From positions 9,453,751 through 9,517,750 of the forward strand of contig OZ037773.1 of NCBI GenBank assembly GCA_964035545.1: a DNA stretch of 64,000 bases, read 5' to 3'. A program made the translations under genes and the position numbers. The stretch comes from Bugula neritina. Taxonomy: Eukaryota; Animalia; Bryozoa. Position 1 is the stretch's first letter, and each line of letters starts with the position of its first letter. Below the pieces are notes generated by a model, which did no database searches, was not told where the DNA came from, and saw only the letters and a list, made by a program, of their open reading frames with translations. Shown in pieces: positions 45,601-60,600 of this stretch.

Positions 45601-48600
45601 TGAATATGTCAGCAGTTGCCATGGTTATACAGTTTTATGTAAGGTTGTCATGAGAGCATTTGTGTTGTAGACTTAGCCTTAGATCTACAAGGTTTAGAAA
45701 CCTGGCTGAATCGCATTGAGTCAACCTTGAAACCACAGCCTCTAAGTCCATCTCTTAGTCTAAAAGAATTGCGAACTATGCTCAAAGATCACCAGGTTTG
45801 TTGAACTGAGTTGTTGGAGTTATTCCCTCATTGCCCTTCAAGTGATTAACTTTATAAATAAGTCGTTAGCAAGTTGTAAGTTTAGAAGCTTAAAACTGAA
45901 ACAAATACAAACAGTAACTGATTCAAGAATCTGAACATCTATTTTGGTGAATGAATTTATCTCATTTGACAAATGGTTGAATAATAGTTGCTATAGTTTG
46001 TCTTGCAGTTAACACTTACTTTTCCCTCTAAGTCAAGATTTCCAATCCCCCCCCCCCCGACTTTCCTTAGGGGAAACAATTCCCGAGCTAGCTCTCCACT
46101 AGATGATACTGTTGCAGGTGCTACAACAAGATATTGAGTGTCACTCGAAGGTCGTCTCCGCTGTACTCAAACTCTGCGAGCGTCTGCACACTGACCTTGA
46201 GTCGGTGACCTCGCCGAGTGAGGAGCTGCAGATAACGGCCTTGACCTTGGAGAGGAGGTGGCACAGCATCTGGTTACAAAGTCTTGAGTGGCAGTGCAGA
46301 CTGGAAGAGGCGGTGAAGGACAGAGAGGTGAGCTCACTGTCTGTTTGTATAACCGTGGTGACTGTGTCAACAGTGTGTAGTGTAAGTGTATAGAATATAG
46401 TTTAAGTATACAGTCTACAGTGTAAGTATATAGATTGTAGTTTAAATATATATAGTAGTGTAGTGTATAGGCTTTAGTGTAAGTATATATAGTAATGCAG
46501 TGTAAGTATACAGAGTGTAGTGTAAGTATATATATATTGTATATAGTGTAGTGTAAGTGCAAACAGAGTGAAGTACATGTATACTAAACATGGCGTAAGT
46601 GTATACAGTGGAGTGTAAATGTATAAAACCATAAAAATTGAAAGCAAAATTCTCGGTTATAGTTGGAGGTCATTCTCATCAGCAAAGAGTTTCACAATTT
46701 GTGTTCTAGAGTTGTCTTCCCTCGACCAACTCTTGCACTAGCTTGTGTAGTGTCTATAGTGTATGTTAGTGTAGTTAGTGTACTATCTCATTATTATCTT
46801 ATATTCTATTCAACTCTTGACTTATTGAATACTTGTGTCTCTGGGGGCAGTTGACTTAGATTAGTGAGGACTCTAAGCTAACATTACTTGTTTGTATGGT
46901 GGGGTGTGTAACTGCTGGACCGCAGGCTAACAGTATTGATTGCACCTCTGGCTATCTGTAGTATTGATTTCCCTCCACTTGTTTAGTTTATCTAATGAAG
47001 TGGGGAGTTACACCCATCTACATGTCGGGTGGGAGAGATAGCCCCCCTACCACCACATGACTTAGGCACTGAGGCTAGGCACACATGATATATAAGAGGG
47101 TAGTTATTATCTCATAGTTATAGTCTAGTTACTACGTACTTGCAGGTTGTTGGGTCGTGCTATTAGTACTACCTACGCTAACTTTGCACTTATCCTGGGC
47201 TAAGATATTTGATATGCAAAGTAAATACAGTATGTCTACTATATAATTATTTATATCTACAGTTACTCATCTAGTCTACTCTGGATAATATAGTGTACTG
47301 TTCATATCTGAGTAAGTACAACTTAATAATATATTGTGCTGTTTGCATAGTAAGTACAACTTACAGTATATCTCATGTAGCTAGCAGAATGTGTTGTTTA
47401 TGAAGTATTAAAATGAGTTGAACTATGTATAGTAGTGTATGGGATATAGTATAGGGTATAGTTATCACAGTATTAGCTTATCTACTAAATAAACTGGCAC
47501 TTTTTCAGTATGTGCAAATATTATAATGCTTGTCCTAGGTAAACCTTAGTTTTCTGTAGAGTTGGGGCGTAGATGCACCTTCCTTTAGTGCAAGTGTTTT
47601 ATAGAATGTAGGCTTTACTAAGAACCCTGTCTACCTCAGCTTTCCACTGTGTCTCTAAATATTCACCTACTACAGGCACCTTCTCGCTAACTTTGTACTA
47701 GTTATTATAGATTTATACTTAAATGTTAAGATTAATCCTGACCCAGTACTGCTTAGACGCAGGTTTAGTCTGTCTCAGTTCTACTATGTTCTCTTTAGCC
47801 CCAGTAACTCACTTGTAAGAAGGGTGCTGATAGGATAGTCTGAGAGCTAGCACACTCTTGAGTTGAAGGTGTGTCTAGTTTGGCATGTGGTGTGATATCT
47901 TTATTGTTTTATTAGAGGATTGTTGTATTCTTGCGTCTACTACGTATACTATCTGTTTAATAATATAATACAGAATACATTGAAAAGAATGCTCAATAAG
48001 TTCATTAATTCAGTTTTGCATACTCAACCAAATTGAGTAGTAAATTTTGTAGATGGTTTTGCAGTTATAACCTAAAATTTATATCTAATACTTGGGTAGT
48101 TTTGTTCACAACATAATTGTAATAATAATTATATATAATACATATAACCATGTAATACATACTATATAGTTATGACTTCAGTTATGTCATATAGACATGT
48201 GCAGTAATCAACTTGAAAGTGAAACTAATACTAAGTATAAACTTACAACAGTATCACACTCCTGTGAGTTGAGTGTTAAGTATGAATAATGAATGAGCTA
48301 CAGTTTATTATTCTTACTAATTCCCTCAGAGTAAATATAAAGTCTCTCCTTTGTGTTACTTAATACTTGTATTTACTGTGGTCTTGGCTTTAACTTAATT
48401 CAATAGACTTTATGTAACATTCACATGAACAAAAACTGGCTAACTTAGTCTAGTTGACATTAAATGGACACAATAATAAATATAATATCACTTTCTACTC
48501 TCAACCTACTTCATTTACTTCTCTGCTCACTCATGGCAGCATTACCTAAGGCAGCAGCGGCAGCAGAGTATTGCACACTTGTCTGATGCAGAGCACTTGA

Positions 48601-51600
48601 GTTAGTTGAGGTATGCTGACTTAATGCAAACAGGAAGTTAATGCTGACTTCATTTGTGGGCAGCATCCTTATCTTTCGAGTGAGTAGTTCTTTCTCTTCC
48701 TTCCCCCTCTCTCTTTCCCCCTCTTTCTCCCCTCTCTCTCTCTTTCTCTTCCCCCTCTCCCTCTCTCTCTCCTCTCTCTTTAGCAAAAGATTAAACAATT
48801 TATCCACTATGAACAGCAAAAGCAATTCTATTCAATAATTTATTTGTCTATTTTTAAAGTTTTGTTTAATTTTAATTTCTTTGCACAAGACATTGAATCT
48901 GTGTGTAGCCTCAGTTCCAAGAAAGTCTACAGAGTTTTCAGGTTTCATCTGCTCTAAGTCTATTAAGAGTCATGTGACATGTGTTATACTATATACCAGA
49001 TATTAAAATATTCCCCTTGGGGTTCTAGTGTGTATGTAACTATATTTAGCTGAACCCTTGCTGCCCATGCCTAAACTATCTACTGCTAATTATTATGCAA
49101 CCTGATGGATGCTAATGATATATTACAAGATAATTACCCTGGTCTCACCCTAATCATTCTCAACTGAAAGAAATACTTACTATATAAATAGATAACTATA
49201 ATGATAATGTAGTATCAGTAGGCTGGAAGTAGTGTTTTGTATGTAAAAGGGGTGCGTAATGCTTGCAGTTAGGGTAATGTATGTAAGACTCTTTGGTGTT
49301 TCCTTGAAATATGCTGTCTCTATGCTTAATGGGTGTTACACTTTGTATAGGTTATAACTTATGGTTTACATTTGAAATTATTGTTTGCATCTTGTAACTA
49401 TATAACCAACGCTGTCTTTCTCACAAAAAATTTCATCAAATGATTTGAGGTTTTGAGTTTGCTTAGATGAATAGAATAAAAATGCAGCATGGGAACATAT
49501 GTAGTATACACCCTCATTATTTACTTAGTATGTGATTATATTTTAGGAGAATGTCAGAGCCTGTTCCAGTCAATCACACATTCCTCTGTAATAAATCTCA
49601 TTTTCTCCTCTGACCTTTCAAACATTGCACTACAGTCTACACCCTTTACACACCTCAATCATGCTATATTTCTTTGCTTTTCTGAACTCTTTAGTTGTCT
49701 TCCCCTGAACACATGGTTACATTGCTGTTTGAATTTCTAATTATTATATATTATATAATATATAAATATATAATATATAAATATTATTATTTGGTGCAAA
49801 TATTCAACTTGTAAAAGTTGTCTTCCCTTGATAATTAGTGTACTGATGAAACAACTCCCGAACAATAGCAGCTAGTTGGTAATATCTAAGCCTTGCAGTG
49901 AAAGCTGGATGAAGTAATATTTTCTTTTAGTTTGACTATTGAGGTTGTATCATATTAATTGTATTGCACATTGTCTGCTCTTCTGAGCAGGGATTGTATT
50001 GCGAGTTGATAGATAATGTGTAACACAATTGGTGCATTGATGAAGCATTTCTTTGTGTTGGTGTCTAGATAAACTATTAGAGTAAACTCTACAATCCCTG
50101 TTGGGCTAATAGAGTGAAGGTGTGACTCAAGTTCCTAGTAAACCTGGCCACATACAAGGTGGTGATAGTATGACTTAACTCAGTGTAATATAAGTGTTGT
50201 CTGTTTGTATACGTGTTGTCATGGCAACCAGGAATATGCAGCAGGTGAGTCATCGTCTCTTTCATATGTAACACACAGTCTTATTGGGCGAAATATAGTG
50301 TAACACGCAGTCTTATTGGGCGAAGTATAGTAAAGGTGATATTTCTAGGTGAAAAGTAATTCGTATTTGTTTCGGATTAAATTCCTCCTCTCTGTAGCTG
50401 AAGAAGGTTAGGGAAGTAGTCCTTATTATAATAGAATATAGTAGGTGATGGTGTAAGTTATAATATTGGAGTCATTCAACTAGCGTCAGCATACCAGCGC
50501 TGTTTCTGTCATTTTACTCCCCCTAGGAGAGGGGGATGTTATGGTGCCGTCATTGTAGTAGTGTAGAGGTTGATAGGGTTTAGAGTTTTTTTGTTCTGTT
50601 CCGGTAGCTGACGTTTCATTATTTATATACTCTAGTATAATTTGATTATGCAAATGATTGATAAAAGTTTCTGTAGGATGCAGAAAAGGGGAATAACTCC
50701 TAATAGCAGTTTTGCTGTTGGAAAACCGCTTGGCTTATCCAGTGAAAGTTGATCTCAAAGTTAGTTAGCTAGATTATACATTGTTAGTGACATTAATTAT
50801 TGAGTATAGCTTGTAGTTTTAGCAAGTAACTTTCCAATGTATAGCCTAAGTACCTATATAGCAGTCTTATAGTACCTTGGGGGCACCCACTAACCCACAC
50901 TCACTATCATGCAGCGCTTGGAATATATTGTATTGATTTTCTATAATTTATTTGCAAATACAGATGAATAATTGAATATAATATCCATTGAGCAGCAGTA
51001 GAAATGCGGAGGCAGCCTTGAATGCTGCCATTTAACTTCATGCGCTGCCATTGGTCTATCTAAAGCCCGGCTAAGTGTGGTAGTTAATTTACCACTGAAG
51101 GAATGTTATCTGTTAGGTTTCAAGTGTAAGAAGCTGATTGATAGTAGATTAATTAATTATTTCTGTTAGGTGCAGTTGTCACCTATTAGTTACGTGAACT
51201 AGAGGGCGGTTACTAACTCGTAATCTCTCACTTCACTCTCTCACTTCGCTGATAAGTTGAAGCGAGACAGTGGAGCAACTGGTAGTCGTCTGGGATTAGT
51301 TTAGAGTAGTTTCCATATGCTGAGTAGACATGGGTTGAATATTCACTGGATAGACTGAGAGTATACAGGATAGACTGAGAGAATACAGCATAGACTGAGA
51401 GTATACAGTATAGACTGAGAGTATACAGTATAGACTGAGAGTATACAGTATAGACTGAGAGTATACAGCATAGACTGAGAGTAAAATAGACTGAGAATGT
51501 CTCTTACTCTGTGATATGCCGAGTTTTGTGAGATGGCTCAGAAGTCAAGGTCGAATATTCTTGGTGTTCGGTTTAGATGTGGTGACGGAGAGTTTGGCGT

Positions 51601-54600
51601 TGGGGATTGTAGCCTCAGGGCTGGTGTTGGCAGGCAATTACGTTGTAGAGCCTGTCTTGTCTGGAGTAACGGTACGTTATGAGTGTTCACTCACAGTATC
51701 CGTCAGTGACTACCGAGTCTCCATTTAGGAGCAGTAGTGGAGAAATTGAGATAGCCTAAGTTCTTTAATTTCATTATTAAATTTTGGCTTGTGGCGCTGG
51801 TTGAAATGTTTGCGAGAATATAACTCCTTATTGCTACATTTCTCATCTAGAACACAGGCTTTTCTCAATTTCTTCATTACTGCACCTGCCTCTGAGTTTC
51901 ACTGTGGGAAATGGACCCAGAGTTTTAGTAACAATGACGCATTAATGTAGTTATACTGTTAGTAATAGTGACAGAGTTATACTTAGTGACAGTTGATTCA
52001 CTAGTTTACACTTGGTGATGGCAACATAATGTTAGCATAAGACTGATAACCTGTCCAAATACCAGTCTCTTTCTCATAGGCAAACAGAAACTTTTGAGCT
52101 ATTCACTGAATCATACTAGAACCTAGTTAGTTATATCAGTAACAGTGTTTAGTCTTTCCTCCTCACCTCACATGGTAATATCCCAACTGTCCAGTATGTA
52201 AAGATATCATATACATCATATAGCCTCAGCTCCTTTGGTCTGCTCTAATATCACCTAATATGTTGCATAGTGTTGGCTGGGTGTTTACTGGAGAACAGGC
52301 TTTATTACTCTTATCTTACTGATATATCTGTCTGTTTGTCTATCTGATGTAATATTAGTAGGTGGTCTTTTGATCTATTCAAACTAAATGGTTTATAAAA
52401 AGAGGTGGCTTTAGAATAGTGTTCCAGGATTTAAATAAGTTGTTACCTTCAGTTGAATCCACCAGGTGTTGTCTCTGCTCCTAACAGTAGTTCATCTTTT
52501 TACAGCTTTTATATTAATGGTTTCATAGTAATAGTTTAGTATGTATGGTGTATCTCTAGATATCATGGTACATTTTTATTAGAGCTCATTTCAAATACTC
52601 GTTTTGCTCTCATGGCTGTGTGACACCCCTCAACACTTTGGTACCTATCAATTCTTTTGTCCACAGAGTCTACTTGGGAGATCGTTTAATGCCGCTCATA
52701 CTCGTGGATTACGAAACTCAGGCGACCAATCAGATAGCAGGTTACATCTCGACTCTGATGACTCAGAAAGTGGCATACAAAACGACCAATCATCTCAGAT
52801 CTCAGAGAATTCAAATGCTCAAACAGTGACTCACGACAAAGCCACATCACCTGGTAAGTTTGTTTGAATCTTTTAGTCCCCCCCCCCCGCAACTAGTTGC
52901 GATTGTGTTGAACGTAAAGAATCGATGGTTACACTTTATGAACATAGCTGGCACTAAGAAGTTACTGTTTCAATTTAAAATATTTGGAGTATTTTTCAGC
53001 TACTGTTTTACTGTTTGTACTAAAAACGTATCTCACTTTGGTTATGAAAGCTTCTAGTAAAATAGGAGTCATTCTCCCTTGTGCATACTTTTCATTTCTG
53101 CAGCAGGATTTCCAACTTTACACGGTCTTTGTTTACTGACTCCAAGTGTATTACATTTGCATAAAGAGTTGTCCCCTCTGTACTTCAGGCACCTCGACTC
53201 TAGGAAGACCAAAAAAAGTAAACTCGGGTACAGAATCTCAGACGGAAGTATTCCCGGTGAAGTATCAGTGTGAGGTAGACGATTCCTACAACTACTTGGA
53301 GTTGCCTGACCCTGAGACTCACATACTCGTAGTAGAAGAGGACAGAAGTGCAGACGTGTGCCAAGTGGCTGTGAGACCCAAGCAGGGTCTGGTCCGGCAC
53401 TGGAGTGAGAGCACGTCTCAAACAGGTCAGTTGGACTGTCGCAGCCCTAGTCAAGTGTGTCACCGTCGCATCCCTAGCTCCCTATTTTGCTACATTTCCA
53501 TGATTCATATCATGGAAATGGATTTTTCATCCGCATGAAGAAAACGCAGTGATTGTGATACTTCATGTACTGCAGCCGTTGCCACGCGATGCTAATTGTA
53601 TTTTGTGTTGTTACCATTCAGGGGTGATCCTAGACAGACAGCTGTCCGCTGAGAGGAAGCGGCGGTATTCTGACTCCGCCCACATCTCTATTGATTCTCC
53701 CGACGCCAGCCCCGCCCTCAGGTCCAGGTCGTTGGATGATTTGAGTAAATATAAAGTGCTGGCCACCACCGTATCTTCTGGTGAGTCCATTTTATTCGTA
53801 TTTGGAGTCTTGGGTTGTGTTGAATATTATTGCTATTTTCTAATACAACTATGTCTTTTTTTTTCTAATCTGTTTTTTCTTTATCATATCATGCTGCTTG
53901 ATAACCTTTACGATAAAGCAACTGTCATACCTTCATACATTATCCAATTAGCTGAGAGCTATTAGTCTCTGCTGTGTATCCCTCAGGTTCATTGGACAGA
54001 ATCTCGGACGACTCCGACGCATTGTTTGACGAGACGGCCGAGTTGCTGAAGTCGGTGGCCAGCGAGTTGCGTACGTATGAGTCATACAGCGATGACGAGG
54101 ACGAATTCTTTGTTTACAGTAAGGAGGCCGTTGACAGATCAGCCAATAGCATTCTAGCTAAGTACCAGAACGTAAGTCACTCACAGTGAGTTAGCTGGTA
54201 TAGTGTGTGTTGGTGAGGTGATACTCAGCTCTGCGGGCTCTCTCTACATGTTGTGGGTCCCTCCCTCTCTTGAACTAATCATAAGTTGAAGAAATAAAAC
54301 TATGATGTAACTAATTTCAGTTACACCAACTTTCTTGCTGTTGAAATGCCCTTCCTGATTCGCCTGTCACATGTGTTTGAACCAACATTTTCAGCATTTT
54401 TGTTATTAACTTGAATATGATTGGTTCTTCATTTGACCTGTTTACTCAGACAACATTATTTACTGTACAGAATTGATCGTTGGGTGAACTCAAGACACAG
54501 CTTGGCCAGCACTCCCTCTACTATGATATAACTTTTCCTTGTGTTATATAATAATAATATAGTGTACCCCTCAGTTGGTAGTTGTGTACTCTTGTTTCTC

Positions 54601-57600
54601 ACTCTTTGCAGTTGGAGGCAGGATTACAATCTGTACTCGAAGAAGAAAGTGAAGGCAGTGAAGACATGTCTAGCCCTAAGAGACTACCATTTCACTCACC
54701 AGGAGAAAGGGTGGGTATCCTATCCCCCATCCTTCTAGCTTGTAGTTTTCTCCCTTGCATATTGAAGGCCAATTGTTGAGCTTTCCTCATCCTGTAGCTG
54801 CAATGCACTGCTTGTGTAAAAATGATGGTTTAACATATTTTCACTATTCTTTATACAATATTTTAAAAAGTCAAGTAAACTTCATATAAAACCCATCATG
54901 ATATTTGTAAACTGGTTCATAAGTGGTCGATAATTTCTTAACTCGCCTGTGATTGGATACTATTTATAAACTTGTTGATGCTGTTTATAGACTGAACCAG
55001 TGGCAGCGTTCTACTAGGTAACTTTATTCTCATTTAATTTCTTTGAGTAAAACTATGAGTTACTGATTAACAGACTGTTGTGATTCTACCAGTGAATTGT
55101 ATCATGTGACTTACCTTCGGGAACCTATCAGGGCTAGGCTAGCTCACAGTCGGCCAATAGTATGCTTGCTAACATATTTATGTTAGTATTTTAACTCAAG
55201 GGGAGGGGATCAACTTTACATCTGGGATAGTGAATTCAGCACATAAAAACCATTATATTATATCGTATCGTAATGGGGTAGGGAGTGTAGCCAGGAAGGG
55301 GTAAGACACCCACCCCCTAGAAGACTGCACTGTATCCACTCCTGTAATGCAATATATTATTCAATGTCGTCAGTTTAATATGTTGCCTGGTTGTGGTAGC
55401 TCAGTATAACAGTGTATTGTTTCCCTGAAAATTCATTTAGTTTAGTTTCGTACTAATTACTTGCTGATTGACCATTTATCTGTTAGTCGTTACATCACGT
55501 AATGTGCTGCCTTCTGATTGAATACGGTTACTTGCTGCCAGCTTTCGCTTTGAAATGATGTTTTGCTTTTTTCTGAACCAAAGTAGCTGTTATTGTGAAT
55601 ACAGTTTGATATATTCTTGGATTTATCCGCTCTTGACGCCAGAAACGGTGTATTTCTGTTGTAGAGGGTATTTGTCCTCTTTAAGGATACCTAGTGTCCT
55701 TGTAAACTTATCTTATACCCCCTAGTTTCTCCACCCCCTGTCAGTGAGGAATGACAACTCCTGATTCATTTACTCGGCTGTTTCAGGTGTTTTCCTCTCC
55801 TAAAGTGAAGAAGTTCCTGCAGCTGCAGAGCTTCAGCAACACGGTATCCCCGTCCCTAACCCCTCCTGAGACTAAACGAGACTCGAATCTTGAGAGTGAG
55901 GCTCATTTCCTGCTTGAAGAGGGTCAACTGAGTGTCGGCCACGGTGGGCAGTTAGTCGTGGGTGAGTAGAACCTCTTTCTCATCTCTAGCAGCTTACGGG
56001 TTGTCGAGAAAATGCAGTGAATCTTGGAGAAAGATGAGAGATGTGTTTTGTGTTATTTGATATATAAATTTAATTTGTAAAATTATCACCCAAGTGATTG
56101 CAAGTGATCATCTCCTCCAATTTTCTGCCTTTCCAGCTAAAAGCTCTCTAAACTTGCTATGCTTAACAAATCCTGTGTATAATTTATTGCTCTAACCTCG
56201 CGAGATATTGGGTCATGTGATCTATGACATCATATCCTGGTTGGGTGCTCGCTATGCCTCCTCAGCAGGTCATTCACCGGCTTTCCATGTACCGATCTCA
56301 GCGAGATCGATCCATGGAAAGATGTCAAAGATCGATCTCAGTCGTTCTGAGCTGGTCGGTCTGTAGAGCTCGAACTCAGATCGATCTCAGTGAGATCGAT
56401 CCATGGAAAGACTCCAGATCGATCTGAGAAGTAGAAAAAGACTGTTCGCTAAAATGTTGTCTGCTGATAAAAATGACAACTTATTGATAATTACTAAGCA
56501 AATTACTTAATAATTACGATAGCCACATTTTCAGATGCCAAAACTTTGACTTTCAGTACTATGATTAAAAAAACTCAATTATATAAAATTATAGTCCATA
56601 GAAATTACAAAAAATTGGAGAATTTAAATTGAATTTAAATGACTAGTAAAACTTACTTTCATTAGTTATTTGCTGCGTAATTTCAAGCTTAACAATCCTG
56701 TAAGTTTATGAATAATCTGCAAGATAGCTATTAATTTTATTTAAGCTGTTGAGCTAAAAAATTAAAAGTGATTATCTTAAATTGGCTATATTACTTTACA
56801 CTAAAAGCTTTGTTGCGTATTGTTTACAAGCACCATTAATTTTTAGACATCAACAATCTTGTTTTTTAACCTCAGCAGCTTTAATCATCTAGATTTGTGA
56901 ACAAATTATACTATTAAAGTACTCTTCACTTAAGAGGAGGCAACTCCGTGAGATCGATCTGACACTTCTCATGGAAAAACGATCGATCTGAGAGGTATGC
57001 TCAGATCGATCTCAGCGAGATCGATCTGAGATCGGTACATGGAAAGCCGGTGATTGTGTGATAGCCTTGCGTCACGGCATCGAACAGTTGAGCCTCTTTC
57101 TGAGACTCTGATTGGCTATTTCACAATGACCTCTGAACCCCAGCTTATAATTTGGTGATAGATAACAACCTCAACCTCTCCAACGACCTCAGCCAACTTC
57201 CTGAACACGCTCTAGACTCGCTAACAGTTTCTAGACTGAGTTCTCACAGCAGCAGTCCTAAACCAGGCGAACTGGCGGCAGGACCTCTCGCACTGGAATC
57301 AGAGCACATGTTCTACAGAGTAGAAGAGATAGATGCTAGATTACACATTGTATCTAGTAGAAACAAGGAAGGTGACTCAGGTCTGTCTGTCTGTCTGTCT
57401 TCATTTAGTGAAACATTCTAATGTGATTTGTAGCGATTTGGAAAGAATTTAATTACTGTAGTTTGTAAAAATGTTGTTTTCTGTAATTTAGTTGCAAATG
57501 AAATGAATATTTAGCGAATATTTTGAAAAAAAATTTACTGAATCAGCATGGAATTTTTTTTCCTAATAATTGTAATGTGTATAGATTGTTGTAATTTTTC

Positions 57601-60600
57601 ACAGTTTTGGAATTATCTTTTCCTTCTATCACGTATAGTTTCTATCTTGTAGGTAGCTTCTCTGACTATTTATACTGTGTAGTTAGTGAGTGTTGTCTTC
57701 CCTATCACCTGATTAGGAAATTTTCATATAAGCTCGTAATAGTAGTGAATAGTGATCCTAATTTGAATCTTTTCAACTTTAAAATGTAAATTATGCAATG
57801 ACTGTCTTTTCAACTGATGACTATTATTTCCACATACTGTGCACTCAAGAAACAAGAATCTAAGCTGAGATATAAACTATATACTATCACTTCTTGTCTC
57901 TTTATATTTTAGGAAAAATGCTGTAGGCTTGTGATCAACATTTAATTCACTTAGTCACAATCTTTAAAAAAGTTTCCCTTTGATAGGGGTGGTATACTGG
58001 GCCCCACCAACTTTCTTTTGTAAAACAAATGCTTCAGATATTTAGTCTACTTGACTTATAAAGCCTTTTCAGTAACTTTTATAGGTGCTATAGACAACAT
58101 GTTGGCTGTACAGTTAAGTTACTGTGATAGGTTAAGTTCCTAGACTATGGTAGATTAGGTTCCTGGGCTAGGATAGGTTACGCTCTTAGGCTAGGATAGG
58201 TTAAGTTCTTAGGCTAGGATAAATTAGGTTCAGCTACAGTTGCTAGTTTTCATATCTATTGTTGTTAGAAAGGTATGAATAGCCCACAAGTTCAGGTGTT
58301 GTACATTTAGTGTGACTTTCATTCATGCTTTTCAATATTATCAATGCATTTAATCAGGTGTAAAATTTAGTCTAAGTATCACATTTCACTGAGGGTTTTG
58401 ATGTAACCCTGCCTAGAAACAATGTTGAAAAGTAAGCTATTGAGGGCATACAAGCCATTCACCCCACTAAGTTACTATTTATTTCCTACTATAGCCTGAG
58501 CCAGAGTGATTGCAGATTTTATCATCAAGGATTGCGTAGTAGTAAATAGTTGAAGGGAGAGTTTATTTGTGTTTGCACCGAGTGACTATGAAATTAGCCA
58601 AGTTATTCATGCATCTACGTTGAAATGGTGTTTACTACATGCAGGTGTTGATAACGAGTGCCAGCTGACTCAGTCCGAATACAGCACTGAAGAGTATCAG
58701 TCTTCTAGTTCGTCTGCTTGTGAAGTAGTTAGTACGTCTGCTAGCGAGATTGTTAGCGGCTTTCTCCGTCTCAACAGATACTCCAATACTGAGGATTTAT
58801 CTAAACTCACCTTCGGGGATAGTCCAGCAGACTCTGATATGGAGGATATCAATCAGAACAGTAGACTAAGTCTTTCTCCTAGTGATCTAAGGGCGTGTAC
58901 TCCCCCACCCTCAACCAAGAACAGCACTGCAGAGGCTATATATGTGAATATCAGCTCTGCAGACGGATTAAAAGCAGACGTCAACTTACAAGATGCAGCA
59001 CCTCTGAACCAACTTCCGGCTATGTCCATCATCGTACAGTCAAACTGTAGAAAGTCTCCCGAATGTACAGTTTCTACTCGGGATGTGACCCAATTGAAGC
59101 ATTCCACACCTCAGCACGTAGCTCTGACACCTCAACATGACACTCACGTAGGCCTGACTAATATTTCAGATTCACCAAGGTCACCAAAGGTCACACCAAA
59201 ACTCGGTCCCAGCTCGATTACCGTATCCGGTGTTTCAGCTCAGGAAACTGGTGCACAGCCTCCGAGTAGGAAGTACCGGAGAGTTACTTGCAGACGTCTA
59301 GCTAATGAGTCATCAGATGTTATCAGCAGACGTATTGAATCACCGCAGACGTTGTATAGGTCGTACATCACTGTGCCTAAATCTAGTCCATCCAATACTA
59401 GTTCTACAGATTCTACTCTTAGACTGAGCTCTCAGACTACCAACACCCGCTCTCAGTCTACAGCCTCTCCGGCCAGTATGATCTGTCGCGAAAGCTTTAT
59501 TCTGAAGCATCAAAGCAAAGGCACGGACTTATACCAGACTCATGTTAGTATTAGCAGTGCGGGCAGTATCATAGTCGCCCCTCCCCGCCATGTGAGTGAC
59601 AAGGATTCCAGGCTACAGGCTGCATGCCGGACGTCAGTTAGCCACCCGCCCACTCATGAGGCGGAGAGATTTCTGTCTAGTTTCTCCATACTCCGTGGAC
59701 AACCTACTAACCACTCGCACCTCTCACATGCCCACGGCAGCTGTAACCCTAGCCTCAGCACCTCTGCTATTTGGGAGAGGAATGTTGGACTGCCCCCCAA
59801 CTGGTCTGGCATTGTTGTACATCAACCCTCAGGTAATGGTCATTGTGACCCTGTGTGTTGTGACCACGTGACTAGCAGTGTTATGACCACGTGAACACAC
59901 AGTATCAGTATAGTTGGCAATGTTTATGTGTTGCCATAGTGATGCAAGGTTATAGTTGTATCAGCTGTATGTTGTAGTAACTTGTGAATATATAGACATC
60001 TGTATGCATAAAGTTTGTATATGCTATGATGAATCATTGCTGCTCTTGCATCCCCTGCCCCTGCTTGGATACCTATCCACCCCTGGTACCCCTTTCTTGG
60101 TTTCGCTGCTACGCTCCTGGCTACCTAAATTATATCAGTCTTGGTGTACATAAAGTGTTGATCAGTGAAGTTATTGTTATACAAGACTTTACTGGAATAA
60201 CTGCTATGGTGTTGTACGTAACTGCTCTCTCTCTCTGTTTCTATGTTAACCAATTTGTGATGGGGAGATAACTCCATGTGTGAGTGAGTCAACATGTTAT
60301 ATTATATACTGTTTATCTTTCAACTACAGAGAAATGAATAGTGTTAAATGAACGTGTCTTTGTGACTTATACAACTTCTAGAACTATGTTATGTGCTGTG
60401 TGATTGGCCAAGCCTTATAGGACTTATTGCATACATTCCTTTAAAGTTGCACAGTATTTTAGTTATCTGTTAGTTTCTAGTCAAGTCTGTCGCTAGTCAC
60501 GTTACGTCGCTTACGTCACACCATGCTGTTTCCTGTTCAGGTGACGGCAGAGAGACTCACTCTGACGTAACTAGAATCTCGAGAAGTCGAGCGAGTAGCG

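Noticed and set aside
48568-48590. miR-92/310-like sequence TATTGCACACTTGTC (also TATTGCACATTGTC near 49962)
   Set aside because: There is no convincing complementary upstream arm to form a pre-miRNA hairpin, and the 3' half does not match the family.
51516-51728. 70-aa hydrophobic ORF nested in a large intron
   Set aside because: No recognisable motif and no compatible splice sites; it cannot be supported without expression data.
58569-59894. Stand-alone 441-aa gene
   Set aside because: It is bounded by an acceptor at 58644 and a donor at 59832 in phase with neighbouring exons, so it is an internal exon of the AKAP6-like gene.
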